Assembly: GCA_963703895.1 (NCBI GenBank)
Contig: CAVPFX010000003.1
Location: 139,049-203,048 of the forward strand
Direction: 5' to 3'
Source of the DNA: an uncultured Solirubrobacterales bacterium
GTDB taxonomy: Bacteria > Actinomycetota > Thermoleophilia > Solirubrobacterales > 70-9
DNA: 64,000 nucleotides
Shown here piece by piece: positions 9,662 to 22,155 of the stretch. Made by a program: the position numbers and the translations under genes. The notes beneath the pieces are model-generated. The model made no database searches. It was not told the origin of the DNA and was given only the letters and a program-made list of their open reading frames with translations. Position 1 is the first letter of the stretch. Every line of letters starts with the position of its first letter.

Positions 9662-10665
9662 GGCGCTTCCTCGGGGATCGTCAGCTCGGCGTACTTGGCA
9701 ATGCAGTAGCGATCGGTCATCCCGGCCAGGTAGTCGGTGGCGTGCTGGCAATCGCTCGCCCCGGGCTCGATCTCGGGGACCTCGTCGGGGTGCGACATGT
9801 AGTGGTCGAAGAGCGCCCGCATCGCGCGGTGGACGCGCTCGTGCTCGCTGCGCGCCAGCGGGCCCAGATAGACGCGATCGAACATGAACTTGCGCAGGCG
9901 CAGCATCGCGCCGCCGATCTCGTCGCTCTGGACGATGTCGCCCTCGGCGCGCGAGCGCTCGACGATGTCGCGCACAAGCGTGTCGATGCGAGCCGAGCCG
10001 GTCTCGCCGAGCAACTCGATCTGCGCCGTCGGCAAATCCTCTGGCTGCAGCACACCAGCCCGCAGGGCGTCGTCGATGTCGTGGTTGATGTAGGCGACGC
10101 GGTCGACCAGCTTGACGATCCGCCCCTCCAGGGTCGCCGGCTTGCGCGAGCCGGTGTGGTTGAGGATGCCGTCTCGCACCTGCTCGGTCAGGTTGAGCCC
10201 GCGCCCATCGCGCTCCAGCACCTCAACCACGCGCAGCGAGTGCTCGTTGTGCCTGAAGCCGCTGTCGCAGCGCTCGCGCAGCGCCCCGTCGAGCGCCTCC
10301 TCGCCGGCGTGGCCGAAGGGCGGGTGGCCGAGGTCGTGGCCGAGCCCGATCGCCTCGGTCAGGTCCTCGTTGAGGCCGAGCGCGCGGGCGACGGTGCGAG
10401 CGATCCCGCATGCCTCCAGCGTGTGGGTCAGACGGGTGCGGTAATGGTCGCCCTCCGGGGCGACGAAGACCTGCGTCTTGTGCTTCAGCCGCCGAAAGGC
10501 CTTGCTGTGGACAATCCGATCGCGATCGCGCTGGAACGGCGTGCGAACCGGACTGTCGGGCTCCTCGATTGCGCGATGCGCGGGGTAGGAGAGGGTCGCC
10601 TCCGGTGCCAAGAACTGCTCCTCCCAAGCGGAGATGCGGTCCTCGAAGCTGGCGGTTGCGGGCAC
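9652..10665 (-). CDS. dgt: dGTP triphosphohydrolase-like HD-domain protein
   Basis: HSKAFRRLKHKTQVF and GHDLGHPPFGHAGE HD motifs. The dgt-dnaG adjacency is conserved. Confidence 0.85.
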   Translation of the reverse strand: MPATASFEDRISAWEEQFLAPEATLSYPAHRAIEEPDSPVRTPFQRDRDRIVHSKAFRRLKHKTQVFVAPEGDHYRTRLTHTLEACGIARTVARALGLNEDLTEAIGLGHDLGHPPFGHAGEEALDGALRERCDSGFRHNEHSLRVVEVLERDGRGLNLTEQVRDGILNHTGSRKPATLEGRIVKLVDRVAYINHDIDDALRAGVLQPEDLPTAQIELLGETGSARIDTLVRDIVERSRAEGDIVQSDEIGGAMLRLRKFMFDRVYLGPLARSEHERVHRAMRALFDHYMSHPDEVPEIEPGASDCQHATDYLAGMTDRYCIAKYAELTIPEEAPWH

Positions 10666-10674
10666 CCGTCGATC

Positions 10675-11400
10675 TTAGGCGGCTGCGCGCAACTGCACAT
10701 GCGCGTGGTGCTCGAGCGTCTCCCGCACGGCGCGCTCGACCTGGCGCAGCGCCTGCTCCTCCGAGGCGGGTGCCTCGGCCAGCGGGTTGCCGATCGCGCC
10801 GACCATGAAGCGGTGCGCGTCCTCGGAGAGCGCGAAGGCGCCGCCTTCGCAGCTGGCACAAACGACACCCCCGGCGGCGCCGGAGAAACCGCTCAGATGC
10901 TCGGCCTCGCCGCAGTTGGCGCAGGAGGCGAGCTCGGGCGCGAAGCCGGCTGCCAGGGCCAGCTTGAGCCGAAAGGAGAGCGCCGTCTCCAGGCTCGCCG
11001 CCCCCTCCTCGTTGGGGTCATCGAGCATCGCCAGGTAGCGGCAGAGCAGGTTGTAGGCAGGCGGGTTGGGCTCAGCTGAGTCGAGCAGGCGCAGGACCGC
11101 GTCGCAGGCGCGGGCGCCGGCGTTGAGCGCCGGACCGGAGGCGCGCAGGCGCGGGTAGCCCTCGACGGTGGAGGCGTTGGTCACGGTGAGCAGCTCTCCG
11201 CGGCCTTCATGCAGGATCAGGTCGAGGCGGAAGAAGGGCTCGAGGCGACCGCCGAAGCGCGACTTCGGCTTGCGCGCCCCCTTGGCGATCGCGCCGATCC
11301 GCCCCCGCGTCTTCGAGTAGAGGTGGAGGATGCGGTCGGCCTCGCCGTAGCGGATGCTGCGCAGGACCACCGCCTCGGTCTTCAGCGTCTTGCCGGCCAT
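10675..11400 (-). CDS. recO: DNA repair protein RecO
   Basis: MAGKTLKTEAVVLRSIRYGEADRILHLYS N-terminus and the Cys cluster CANCGE...CASC. Confidence 0.85.
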   Translation of the reverse strand: MAGKTLKTEAVVLRSIRYGEADRILHLYSKTRGRIGAIAKGARKPKSRFGGRLEPFFRLDLILHEGRGELLTVTNASTVEGYPRLRASGPALNAGARACDAVLRLLDSAEPNPPAYNLLCRYLAMLDDPNEEGAASLETALSFRLKLALAAGFAPELASCANCGEAEHLSGFSGAAGGVVCASCEGGAFALSEDAHRFMVGAIGNPLAEAPASEEQALRQVERAVRETLEHHAHVQLRAAA

Positions 11401-11442
11401 GGCCGATTTACGTTGACCGACGGGCCGGACGTCGTGGCGTAT

Positions 11443-12351
11443 CTAGGTGCGCTTCGCGCGCCTGCGGCGCGGTTTCTTGCGCAAGCGCACCTGACAACTC
11501 GGGCAGTAGTAGGTCGAGCGACCGGAGACGACGATGCGGACGATCTCGGTGCCGCAGCGCGGGCACGGCTCGCCCTCGCGCGTGTGGACGAGGAACTCGT
11601 CCTGCATCGTGCCCTTCTCGCCCCGCCCATCGCGGTAGTCGTCGATCGAGGCGCCACCGCCATCGATCCCGGCTTCGAGCGCCGCGACGACGGCATCGCG
11701 CAGCGCCTCTTGGTGCTCGGGCTTCATCGAGCCGGCGGGCGAGAGCGGATGCAGGCGGGCGCGGAAGAGCGCCTCGTCGGCGTAGATATTGCCGACGCCG
11801 GCGACACCCGACTGGTCGAGCAGGAATGACTTCAGCGGCACCGTGCGGCCCGCCGCCATCGCCCCCAGCGCTTCCGAGGTGAAATCCGCCGAGAGCGGCT
11901 CGACCCCAAGCTTGACGAAGCGCTGGTCGAGGTCGGCGTCGTCGATCAGGAAGGCCTCGCCGAAGCGGCGCGGGTCGGTGAACCAGACCTCGCGACCGTC
12001 GTCGAGCGTGAAGCGGGCGCGCAGGTGCCGTTCGGAGGTGGAGCGCTCCGCCTCATACAGCCGCCGCCCCTCGGAGGGATCGAGCTTGCTCTCGCCCTCG
12101 ACCAAGATCAGGTTGCCGGTCATCCGCAGGTGCATGACCAGGGTGCGCGCTCCCTCCAAGGCCAGCAACAGGTACTTGCCGCGCCGTCCCAGTCCCTCGA
12201 TCGTCGCGCCCTCGACGGCGCGTTCGAGCACCTTCGGCGCCATCGGCCGGCACCAGCGAGCATCGAGCACCTCCAGCCCCTCAATCCGCCGGCCTTCCAG
12301 CTCCGGCTCAAGCTGCCGACAAACGGTCTCCACCTCGGGCAGCTCGGGCAT
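11443..12351 (-). CDS. mutM: formamidopyrimidine-DNA glycosylase
   Basis: MPELPEVETV N-terminus, H2TH region, and C-terminal zinc finger CPRCG...YYCPSCQ. Confidence 0.9.
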   Translation of the reverse strand: MPELPEVETVCRQLEPELEGRRIEGLEVLDARWCRPMAPKVLERAVEGATIEGLGRRGKYLLLALEGARTLVMHLRMTGNLILVEGESKLDPSEGRRLYEAERSTSERHLRARFTLDDGREVWFTDPRRFGEAFLIDDADLDQRFVKLGVEPLSADFTSEALGAMAAGRTVPLKSFLLDQSGVAGVGNIYADEALFRARLHPLSPAGSMKPEHQEALRDAVVAALEAGIDGGGASIDDYRDGRGEKGTMQDEFLVHTREGEPCPRCGTEIVRIVVSGRSTYYCPSCQVRLRKKPRRRRAKRT

Positions 12352-12366
12352 CCCGCAGTTCTACAT

Positions 12367-12416
12367 GCTGACTTCGTCTTTATGTGTCCATGAGCACGCC
12401 TAAAGACGAAGTCAGC
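12367..12416. repeat. perfect 16-bp inverted repeat (GCTGACTTCGTCTTTA / TAAAGACGAAGTCAGC) with 18-nt loop
   Basis: Read directly: arms at 12367-12382 and 12401-12416. It lies between the xerD stop (12422) and the fpg start (12351). Confidence 0.8.
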
Positions 12417-12421
12417 CGGGT

Positions 12422-13366
12422 TTAGGCGGTGGCGCGGGGGTGGGAGTTGAAGTAGACGGTCTTTAGTTGCTCGCCGGAGAGGTGGGTGTACATCTGCGTG
12501 GTCGAGATGTCTGCATGGCCGAGCATCTCTTGGACGGCACGCAGGTCGCAGCCGCCGGCGAGCAGGTGGGTGGCGAAGCTGTGGCGCAGGGTGTGCGGGC
12601 TCATCTGGCCGGCGAGGCCGGCGGCACGGGCGTTGCGCTGGACGATCTTGTAGAGGCCCTGGCGGCTCAGCGGTCCGCCGCGGAAGTTGACGAAGAGCCT
12701 CGCCTCGTGGCGTTCGCCAATCAGCTTCGGGCGGCCACCGCGCAGATAGGAGGAGATCGCCGCGATCGCCTTGCGGCCGAGCGGCACCAGCCGTTCCTTG
12801 CTGCCCTTGCCGCGCGCCCGCAGGAAGCCCTCGTGCAGGTCGACGTCGGCGAGCTCGAGTCCGATCGTCTCCGAGGCACGCAGGCCGCAGGCGTACATGA
12901 CCTCGAGCAGCGCCCGATCGCGCAGCGCGGTCGGCTCGTCACCACTCGGTGCCGCCAAGAGCTTCTGCACCTCGGCGTAGTTGAGCACCTGGGGTAGCTT
13001 CTTGGCCCGGCGCGGCGCGCTCAGGGCGGCCGTCGGGTCGTCGCCGATCAGCTCGTCGCGGCGCAGCTGCTTGTAAAAGGAGCGCAGGCAGGCAGCCTTC
13101 CGATGCACCGTCGCCGATGAGCAGGCCGGCCGGTTCTCACCGGTCGCCAGCTCGGCCAGGAACTCGCCGATCTCGGCCGGGCCGGCCGTCAGCGCGTCGA
13201 TGTGGTGGGCAGCGAGGTACTCGCCGTACTGGTGCAGGTCGGTCCGGTAGGCATCGAGCGTGTTGCGCGAGAGCCCCCGCTCCAACTCGAGATAGGAGAG
13301 GAAATCGAGGACGAGCCCCTCGAAGCGGGACTCGGTTCGGACAGGAGGCGCTGCAGCGACTGACAT
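12422..13366 (-). CDS. xerD: tyrosine recombinase XerD (XerC/XerD family)
   Basis: HTLRHSFATHLLAGGCDLRAVQEMLGHADISTTQMYTH catalytic region. Start at ATG 13366 (MSVAAAPP) with an upstream GGGGAGAA. Its position near pyrG matches M. tuberculosis xerD. Confidence 0.85.
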   Translation of the reverse strand: MSVAAAPPVRTESRFEGLVLDFLSYLELERGLSRNTLDAYRTDLHQYGEYLAAHHIDALTAGPAEIGEFLAELATGENRPACSSATVHRKAACLRSFYKQLRRDELIGDDPTAALSAPRRAKKLPQVLNYAEVQKLLAAPSGDEPTALRDRALLEVMYACGLRASETIGLELADVDLHEGFLRARGKGSKERLVPLGRKAIAAISSYLRGGRPKLIGERHEARLFVNFRGGPLSRQGLYKIVQRNARAAGLAGQMSPHTLRHSFATHLLAGGCDLRAVQEMLGHADISTTQMYTHLSGEQLKTVYFNSHPRATA

Positions 13367-13392
13367 GGCGGGGGTGTTCTCCCCGCCGGGCC

Positions 13393-14439
13393 TCAACCCT
13401 TGCGGCGCAAGGCAGCGCCCGCGGCGAGCGCGGCGGCGAAGAACAGCGGGTCCTGCTCGAGGGTGCGGCCCATCGTCTTCGCGGGCAGGCCGCTTGCCGA
13501 GTAGCCGGGGAGGTCGACCGACGCTTCGCGCAGGCGGTGGCGCCAGCCCGCGGCGGTGGCGAGGATCGCGATCGGCACCGGCTCGTTGGTCGGCACCGGG
13601 ATCTCGACCGCGCCGAGGAGAAGCTCGAGGACGGTCAGGGTGTGGTGGCTGACCGGCCTGTGGCGCTCACGCGGGTCGGCCGCGGAGAGCCGGGGTGAGA
13701 TCAGGGTCGGCAGGCCGAGGGCGAGCGAGGCGTGGGCGGTGTCGAGGGCGGCGATGCCGCCGTGGCCGAGGCGCGTCTCGGAGCCGATGATGCCGGGCCC
13801 CGGCCCGGCGATCGCGGCGTCCCAACCGAGTCCGTTGGCGGCGGCGTCAAGGGCTCCGGCGACCGAGATCGCCTCATGCTCGCCGCCGTAGGCCGGCGCG
13901 GCGGTGACGTGACCGCAGAGCAGACCGCGCTCGCGCAGCTCGGCGACGTCGCGGCTGAGCGAGCCCGGCAGGGCTCCTCCCCCGGTCTGCACGTAGCCAA
14001 CCTTGCTTCCCGGCCATGCCTGCGCCACCGCCCATGCGGCCGGCGCCAGGTGCCCGTGCAGAGGCAAGACCAGGACTGGCACTGGCTCCTCCCGCGGTTG
14101 CGGTGCGCCTTTTGCACCCCCAGCGTGCACAGAGCGCACCGGAAGCTCAACCGGGGCGACCGGGTGCTGGAGGGAGGTGTAGTTGAGCTTGATGACGTGG
14201 TCGTCGGTGGAGCCTCCGCTCTCCAGGCCGCGGGTGAGGTTGACGTGGACGACGTCGAAGCCGCCCGAGCCGAGCTCCAAGTCGAGCGCCACGACGTTGA
14301 CGACGACCTCGTCGCCCTCGCGCATCTCACCCAGCAGCGTTTCGTCAGCCCAGGCCGGGCGCCGCTCGCCGTCGACCTCGACCGTCAGCGGCTCCTCCGC
14401 GACCACAACGCCGCGGCGCAGCTTCAGCCGACCGCTCAC
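13393..14439 (-). CDS. DUF3866-family protein
   Basis: GDEVVVNVVALDLELGSGGFDVVHVNLTRGL and the overall Ala/Gly-rich pattern resemble the actinobacterial DUF3866 family (from memory, not searched). Confidence 0.5.
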   Translation of the reverse strand: MSGRLKLRRGVVVAEEPLTVEVDGERRPAWADETLLGEMREGDEVVVNVVALDLELGSGGFDVVHVNLTRGLESGGSTDDHVIKLNYTSLQHPVAPVELPVRSVHAGGAKGAPQPREEPVPVLVLPLHGHLAPAAWAVAQAWPGSKVGYVQTGGGALPGSLSRDVAELRERGLLCGHVTAAPAYGGEHEAISVAGALDAAANGLGWDAAIAGPGPGIIGSETRLGHGGIAALDTAHASLALGLPTLISPRLSAADPRERHRPVSHHTLTVLELLLGAVEIPVPTNEPVPIAILATAAGWRHRLREASVDLPGYSASGLPAKTMGRTLEQDPLFFAAALAAGAALRRKG

Positions 14440-15551
14440 TCCAAGCCCGAAGCCGCGGCGGCCTCGGCGATGATCCCTTCGCAGACCTCGAGCATCGCGT
14501 CGAGGTTGCGGGCGCTGACCGACTCGTCGGGCGTGTGGTTGGCCTCGGTGCCGTTGGCGAGCAGGACACAGTCAAAGCCATCGACGATCAGGGCGTTGGC
14601 GTCGCTGCCACCACCCGTGGCGGTGCGCTCGGGCTCGAAACCGGCCCGGCGTAGCCCGGCCTCGGCCAGGCCCAGCGCCGCCGATGCGGGCGGAATCCTG
14701 TAACCGCGGAAGAGCTCTTCGACCCGCACGTCGGCGTCGCAGCCGTGCTCGCTCGCGCCCCAAGCGCAGGCATCGCTCAGCGAGCCGGCAACTTCAGCGG
14801 CGCGGCCGGCATCGAGGCTGCGCGCCTCGGCGACGATCTCGCAGTGCCCCGGCACCACATTGCCGGAGGTGCCACCGTGGATCACACCGACGTTCGCGGT
14901 CGTCTCCTCGTCGAGCCGCCCTAGCTCCATGCGCGCGATCGCCGCCGAAGCCGCCGCGATCGCGCTGTTGCCGTCCTCGGGCCGGATGCCGGCGTGGGCC
15001 TCGACTCCGCGGAAGTCCGCCCGCACACTCTGTTGGGTCGGCGAGGTGACGATCACCTCGCCGATTGCGCTGGCGTGATCGAGGACGAAACCGCAGCGCG
15101 AGCGCAGCACGCTTGCATCGAAGGCCTTGGCCCCGCGCAGCCCCTGCTCCTCGGCCACGGTCAGCACCAGCTCGATCCCGACCGGTCCGGGGTTGGCCGC
15201 CTGTCGCGCCACCAGCTCCATGAAGACCGCGACCGCGGCCTTGTTGTCGGCGCCGAGAATCGTCTCGCCGGCGCTGCGAAAGACGCCGTCGGATTCGACC
15301 ACCTCGATCTGACCCTTGTGCGGGACGGTGTCGATGTGGGCGCAGAACATCACCCACTCGTCGCCCTCGCCCGGCAGGCGGGCGAGCAGGTTGCCGGCCC
15401 CGGCTTCAGCCGGGCCGGCGGCATCGTCCTCACTCAGCTCGAGCCCGAGCGCGCGCAGCTCGGCGGCGATCGTGTCCGCCACCTCGCGCTCCTCGCCCGT
15501 GGGGCTTCGAATCTCACATAGACGAACGAAGGTCTCATGAAGCCTCTCCAC
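14436..15551 (-). CDS. M20-family metallopeptidase (peptidase T / tripeptidase-like)
   Basis: SPTGEEREVAD, FCAHIDTVP, GADNKAAVA and TVAEEQGLRGA motifs. Start placed at GTG 15551 (VERLHETF). The track ORF start at 15620 lies inside a large palindrome. Confidence 0.75.
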   Translation of the reverse strand: MERLHETFVRLCEIRSPTGEEREVADTIAAELRALGLELSEDDAAGPAEAGAGNLLARLPGEGDEWVMFCAHIDTVPHKGQIEVVESDGVFRSAGETILGADNKAAVAVFMELVARQAANPGPVGIELVLTVAEEQGLRGAKAFDASVLRSRCGFVLDHASAIGEVIVTSPTQQSVRADFRGVEAHAGIRPEDGNSAIAAASAAIARMELGRLDEETTANVGVIHGGTSGNVVPGHCEIVAEARSLDAGRAAEVAGSLSDACAWGASEHGCDADVRVEELFRGYRIPPASAALGLAEAGLRRAGFEPERTATGGGSDANALIVDGFDCVLLANGTEANHTPDESVSARNLDAMLEVCEGIIAEAAAASGLE

Positions 15552-15585
15552 GGCGGGACAGGCTAGCCGGGATTCAGCGCTGCTG

Positions 15586-18188
<2,603 letters not shown>

Positions 18189-18214
18189 GTGGCACCCACT
18201 TGCTCACGCCCCGC

Positions 18215-19090
18215 TCACGGGCGGGATTCCGCCGGTGGCAACAGGTCGGGCAGCAAGCGGTCGGCCGAGCCCTTGACACCGAAGCTGCCCTCGGCGCCGA
18301 GCAGGGCGAAGACGGTCGCAACGCGCCCGGCAGCAGTCTCGACATCATCGACACTGGAGAGGTCGTTGGCGGCGAAGAAGGAGACCGAGGACGGTTCGGC
18401 GGTCGAGGTCTCCACCCCAACCGCGGGGGTGTGGGTCCCGGTTACGCCCGCCATCAGCGACGATTCGAGCGTCGAGGCCTTCGATCGCTGCACCGCGCCC
18501 ATCTCTTCCGGGGTCTGGCGCACGACGATGACCCCGTCGAGCGCACCGAAGTTGCCGCTGGCGCGGGAGAAAAGGTGACTGCGCACGCGATCGAGCAGGG
18601 TGCCGCCGCGGACCAGCTGGCGGCCGACGCCGGTGCCGAATTCCGCCAGCGTTTCTTCGTTGCGGCGGATGTTGGCGAAGCGGGTTTTCGAAAGCTCGCC
18701 GGCGAGGGCGCTGAGGTCGACCGGCTCGCGCACAACGCCGATGCCGACCAGGCGCGCCCCGGTCGGGCCGAGCGCCCCCTCGATCGCCGAGGCCGTGTCA
18801 CCCGGCAGATCGCCGAGCGCGACCACGCCGATCCGCCGGCCCTCGAGCCGGTCCCGCACCAGGGCCGGGTAGACGCGGCTGGCAAATTCGTCGGAGCGGG
18901 CAAGTTTGCCGTTCAGTTCGTCGGCCCTCTCCTGTGCGTCCTGGAGGTTGCCGGTGAGGCTCTGCTCGAGGTTCTTGCGGGTGCTGGTCAGCGCATCGCC
19001 ACCGAACTCTGCACCGATCAGGATGCCGATCGCGAGGGCGAGGAAGACGGCGATCAAGGAGACCGCGTGGTATCGGGCGCTGTAACCCAT
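18215..19090 (-). CDS. MctB-like 'copper transporter' family membrane-anchored protein
   Basis: N-terminal TM segment YHAVSLIAVFLALAIGILIG. Its position between steA and pyrG matches M. tuberculosis Rv1698 (mctB). Confidence 0.5.
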   Translation of the reverse strand: MGYSARYHAVSLIAVFLALAIGILIGAEFGGDALTSTRKNLEQSLTGNLQDAQERADELNGKLARSDEFASRVYPALVRDRLEGRRIGVVALGDLPGDTASAIEGALGPTGARLVGIGVVREPVDLSALAGELSKTRFANIRRNEETLAEFGTGVGRQLVRGGTLLDRVRSHLFSRASGNFGALDGVIVVRQTPEEMGAVQRSKASTLESSLMAGVTGTHTPAVGVETSTAEPSSVSFFAANDLSSVDDVETAAGRVATVFALLGAEGSFGVKGSADRLLPDLLPPAESRP

Positions 19091-19116
19091 CGGGCGGAGA
19101 GGCTAGCGACGGGGCG

Positions 19117-20304
19117 CTAAAGCCCGAGCCAGATCTTGATCTTCAGCCAGACCAGCTGGACCAGGTCGTTGAGCGCTGGCGAGGTGATCACGACGATCGC
19201 CACCAGCACCATGAAAGCGGCGAGGAAGAGCGCCATCGGTCCGAAGGGAGAGCTTGGGTTGTAGAGCCGGCTCACCCCCTTGGCGTCGACCAGCTTCTCG
19301 CCGATCCGCAGACGGGTGAGGAAGGTGGAGGACATGCCGCCGCGCTTGCGGTCGAGGAACTCGATCAGGTTGAAATGAGCGCCGACGCTGACTATCAGCG
19401 TCGCCCCCTTCTCGTAGGCCATCAGCATCGCCACGTCCTCGCTGGTGCCGGCGGCCGGCAGCAGGGTGTGGTCGAGCTCGAGGTCGAGCAGGCGCTGGCG
19501 CCCGGGCGCGCGGCCGTCGGGATAGGCGTGGACGATCAGCTCGGCACCGCAGCGCAGCGCCTCGTCGCCGGCCGAGTCCATGTCGCCGAGGATCACGTCG
19601 GGCTTCATCCCCGCCTCCAGCACCCCGTCGGCGCCGCCGTCGACGGCAACCACGAGCGGGCGCACGTCGCGGATGTAGGCGCGCAGGGCCTTGAGGTCGC
19701 GGCGGTGGCGGTCGCCGCGGACGACGATCAGCACGTGGCGGTCGCGGAAGGAGGCCCGGGTCGGCGGGAACTCGACGCTGCCGGTCAACAGGTCTGTCTC
19801 CTGGCGCACGTGGGCGACGGTGTTCTCGGCGAATTCGGCCAGGGCCTCGTCGACCCGCTCGAGCTGCTCGGCACGCTGGCGCTCGAGCTCCTCGACCCCA
19901 AGGACCCGGCCGCGCAGCAACTCGCGACCGCCGACCGAGACGGCGCCGGCAGCGATCGCCACCCTGTCGCCGTCGCTGAGCAGCTCGAAGGGATCGGCTT
20001 CCTCGGCGTCGAGCAAGGTGACGCCGGCCTGAGCGAGCAGCAGCGGCCCGGCGTTGGGATAGCGACCGTCGGAGGAGGCGGCGGCGTTGATCACAACCTG
20101 AACGCCGGTTGAGATCAGCTCCTCGGCGGCGATGCGATCGATGTTGACGTGGTCGATCACGGCGATGTCGCCGGGAACGAGGCGTTTGACCAGGTGCTTG
20201 GTGCGGTGCCCCAGGCGCACCCGGCCCTCGATCACCTCGACCGAGGCAGCCCCGTTGCGGCGCGAGAGCAGAGCGGGAAAGCGACGGCGACTGGCGGTTG
20301 CCAC
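19117..20304 (-). CDS. steA: SteA-like cytokinetic ring protein (thiamine pyrophosphokinase-like)
   Basis: KHLVKRLVPGDIAVIDHVNIDRIAAEELI and a C-terminal TM anchor. The recN-steA synteny is conserved. Confidence 0.75.
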   Translation of the reverse strand: MATASRRRFPALLSRRNGAASVEVIEGRVRLGHRTKHLVKRLVPGDIAVIDHVNIDRIAAEELISTGVQVVINAAASSDGRYPNAGPLLLAQAGVTLLDAEEADPFELLSDGDRVAIAAGAVSVGGRELLRGRVLGVEELERQRAEQLERVDEALAEFAENTVAHVRQETDLLTGSVEFPPTRASFRDRHVLIVVRGDRHRRDLKALRAYIRDVRPLVVAVDGGADGVLEAGMKPDVILGDMDSAGDEALRCGAELIVHAYPDGRAPGRQRLLDLELDHTLLPAAGTSEDVAMLMAYEKGATLIVSVGAHFNLIEFLDRKRGGMSSTFLTRLRIGEKLVDAKGVSRLYNPSSPFGPMALFLAAFMVLVAIVVITSPALNDLVQLVWLKIKIWLGL

Positions 20305-20354
20305 CGGATCAGGTTATCCCGCCGCGCAAGCGGTTTAAAGCGGGACCGGGAGCG

Positions 20355-22034
20355 CTAAGCGGCGGCGAGCAACTCGCGGGCGTGCTGCGTCGCCGCCTCG
20401 TCACTGCGCTCGCCGCCGAGCATGCGGCGGATCTCCTCGACCACACCGTCGCCGTCGAGCCTGCGCACGCTGGCGCTGGCGCGCTCTCCCGAGACGTCCT
20501 TCTCAAGCGTGAAGTGGGTGTCGGCCAGCGAGGCGACCTGGGGCAGGTGGGTGATGCAGAGCACCTGGCGACCTTTGCCGAGAGAGCGCAACTGCTCGCC
20601 GACGGCGCGCGCCGTCTTGCCACCCACGCCAGCGTCGATCTCATCGAAGACCAGCGTCCCAGCGCCGACGGCACCGGCGAGGCTGCTCAGCGCCAACATC
20701 ACCCGCGAGAGCTCGCCGCCGGAGGCGGCGTCGCGCAGAGGCGCAGGCTCGATGCCGGGATTTGGCGCCAAGCGGAACTCGACCGTCTCCGCGCCGGTTG
20801 CGCCGAACCCATCCGGGTGCGGTTCGAGCACGACCTCGAGGCGAGCCCCGGACATGGCCAGCCGCTCCAACTCCGCCGCGACCTCGCTCTGCAGCGGTGC
20901 CGCGGCCCTGGCCCGAGCTTTGCCGAGCTTCTCGCCGAGCTTGGCGCGACGCGATTCCGCCTCGGCCAACGCCGCCTCGGCCTCCGCCCCGCGCTCCTCG
21001 GCACTCTCCAGGCGGGCGATCTCGCCGCGGCAGCGCTCGGCATGCGCGAGAACCGACTCGATGCTGCCGCCGTGCTTGCGCTGCAGGCGGTCGAGCGCGT
21101 CGAGTCGTTCCTCGACCGTGGCAAGGCGACCGGGATCGGCCTCGAGGCCGTCGACGTAGTCGCGCAGCTCGGCGGCGACGTCACCGAGCTCGATCGCCAA
21201 GGCGCCGATGCGCTCTGAGAGCGCGTCGAGCTTTGCGTCGACGCCGGCGACGCCCTGCAGCAGGGCCTCGGCCTGGGCCAGGGCACTGACAGCGCCGCCG
21301 TCCTCCTCGGCGCCAAGCGCCGCCGCGTGCGCGCCCGCTGCCGCCTCGCGCAAACCCTCGGCATGCCCGAGGCGATCGCGCTCGTTGCCCAGCTCTGCCT
21401 GCTCAGCCGGGTCCGGTGCAACCTCCTCGATCTCGGAGAGCTCATAGCGGAAGAGGTCGAGATCGCGCTCGCGTGAGCCGTCGCGCTCGCGCAACTCCGC
21501 CAGCTCGGCGGCGAGCCGCAGGCACTCGCGGTGGGCATCCCGGTAACGCTCGCGCAGCTCGAGCTGGGCCGGCCCGGCAAAGCCGTCGAGCACGTCCATC
21601 TGCGCCGAGGAGATCGTCAGCTTGCGGTGCTCGTGCTGGCCGTAGAAGGCCAGCAGCCGCCCGCCCAGGGCTTTTAGGTCGGATGCCGAGGCGGCTCGGC
21701 CAGCGAGGAAAGCGCTGGTCCGCCCGCTCGCGGAGACCCGCCGGCCAAGCACGACCTCGTCCGCGCCCTCCGGCAACCGCTCCGCGATCTCCGCCATCTC
21801 GGGCTCGTCGAGCAACCCGGCAGGCAGGTCGAAGACACCCTCGACCCAGGCCTCCTCGGCCCCCGGCCGGACGATCTGGGGTCGCGCCTTGCCGCCCATG
21901 AGGAGATCAAGCGAGTGCGCCAGCACCGTCTTCCCTGCACCCGTCTCCCCGGTGATCGCATTGAGGCCCTCGCCGAGCCGCAATTCGGCCCGCTCGATCA
22001 ACAGCAGGTTCTCGATTCTCAGCTCTCGTAGCAC
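20355..22034 (-). CDS. recN: DNA repair protein RecN
   Basis: MLRELRIENLLLIERAELRLGEGLNAITGETGAGKT Walker A, long coiled-coil, and C-terminal LVFDEIDAGVGG signature. Confidence 0.95.
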   Translation of the reverse strand: MLRELRIENLLLIERAELRLGEGLNAITGETGAGKTVLAHSLDLLMGGKARPQIVRPGAEEAWVEGVFDLPAGLLDEPEMAEIAERLPEGADEVVLGRRVSASGRTSAFLAGRAASASDLKALGGRLLAFYGQHEHRKLTISSAQMDVLDGFAGPAQLELRERYRDAHRECLRLAAELAELRERDGSRERDLDLFRYELSEIEEVAPDPAEQAELGNERDRLGHAEGLREAAAGAHAAALGAEEDGGAVSALAQAEALLQGVAGVDAKLDALSERIGALAIELGDVAAELRDYVDGLEADPGRLATVEERLDALDRLQRKHGGSIESVLAHAERCRGEIARLESAEERGAEAEAALAEAESRRAKLGEKLGKARARAAAPLQSEVAAELERLAMSGARLEVVLEPHPDGFGATGAETVEFRLAPNPGIEPAPLRDAASGGELSRVMLALSSLAGAVGAGTLVFDEIDAGVGGKTARAVGEQLRSLGKGRQVLCITHLPQVASLADTHFTLEKDVSGERASASVRRLDGDGVVEEIRRMLGGERSDEAATQHARELLAAA

Positions 22035-22155
22035 GCCCCTTGTGTAGCACTCAGCGCGGCGGGTCCTGTCACGGATTTGGTGCCACCACCCCTGCGGTCG
22101 CTAAAGCGTCCTTGGGGCGGTCCCCCAAATCCGCGCCACCCGCCGCGAGGAGCGA

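Noticed and set aside
9655-11079. 474-aa plus-strand ORF across dgt/recO. Similar long antisense or out-of-frame ORFs include 40418..41872, 52613..54256, 18200..19120, 20298..21218 and 32954..34396.
   Set aside because: All lie opposite or out of frame to genes with clear family signatures. All have the Arg/Pro/Gly/Ala-biased composition typical of non-coding frames in GC-rich genomes.
22035-22155. Search for a LexA/SOS box (TCGAAC-N4-GTTCGA type) upstream of recN
   Set aside because: No GAAC/GTTC dyad or RecA-NDp-like promoter could be found by eye in the 120-bp leader, so no call was made.
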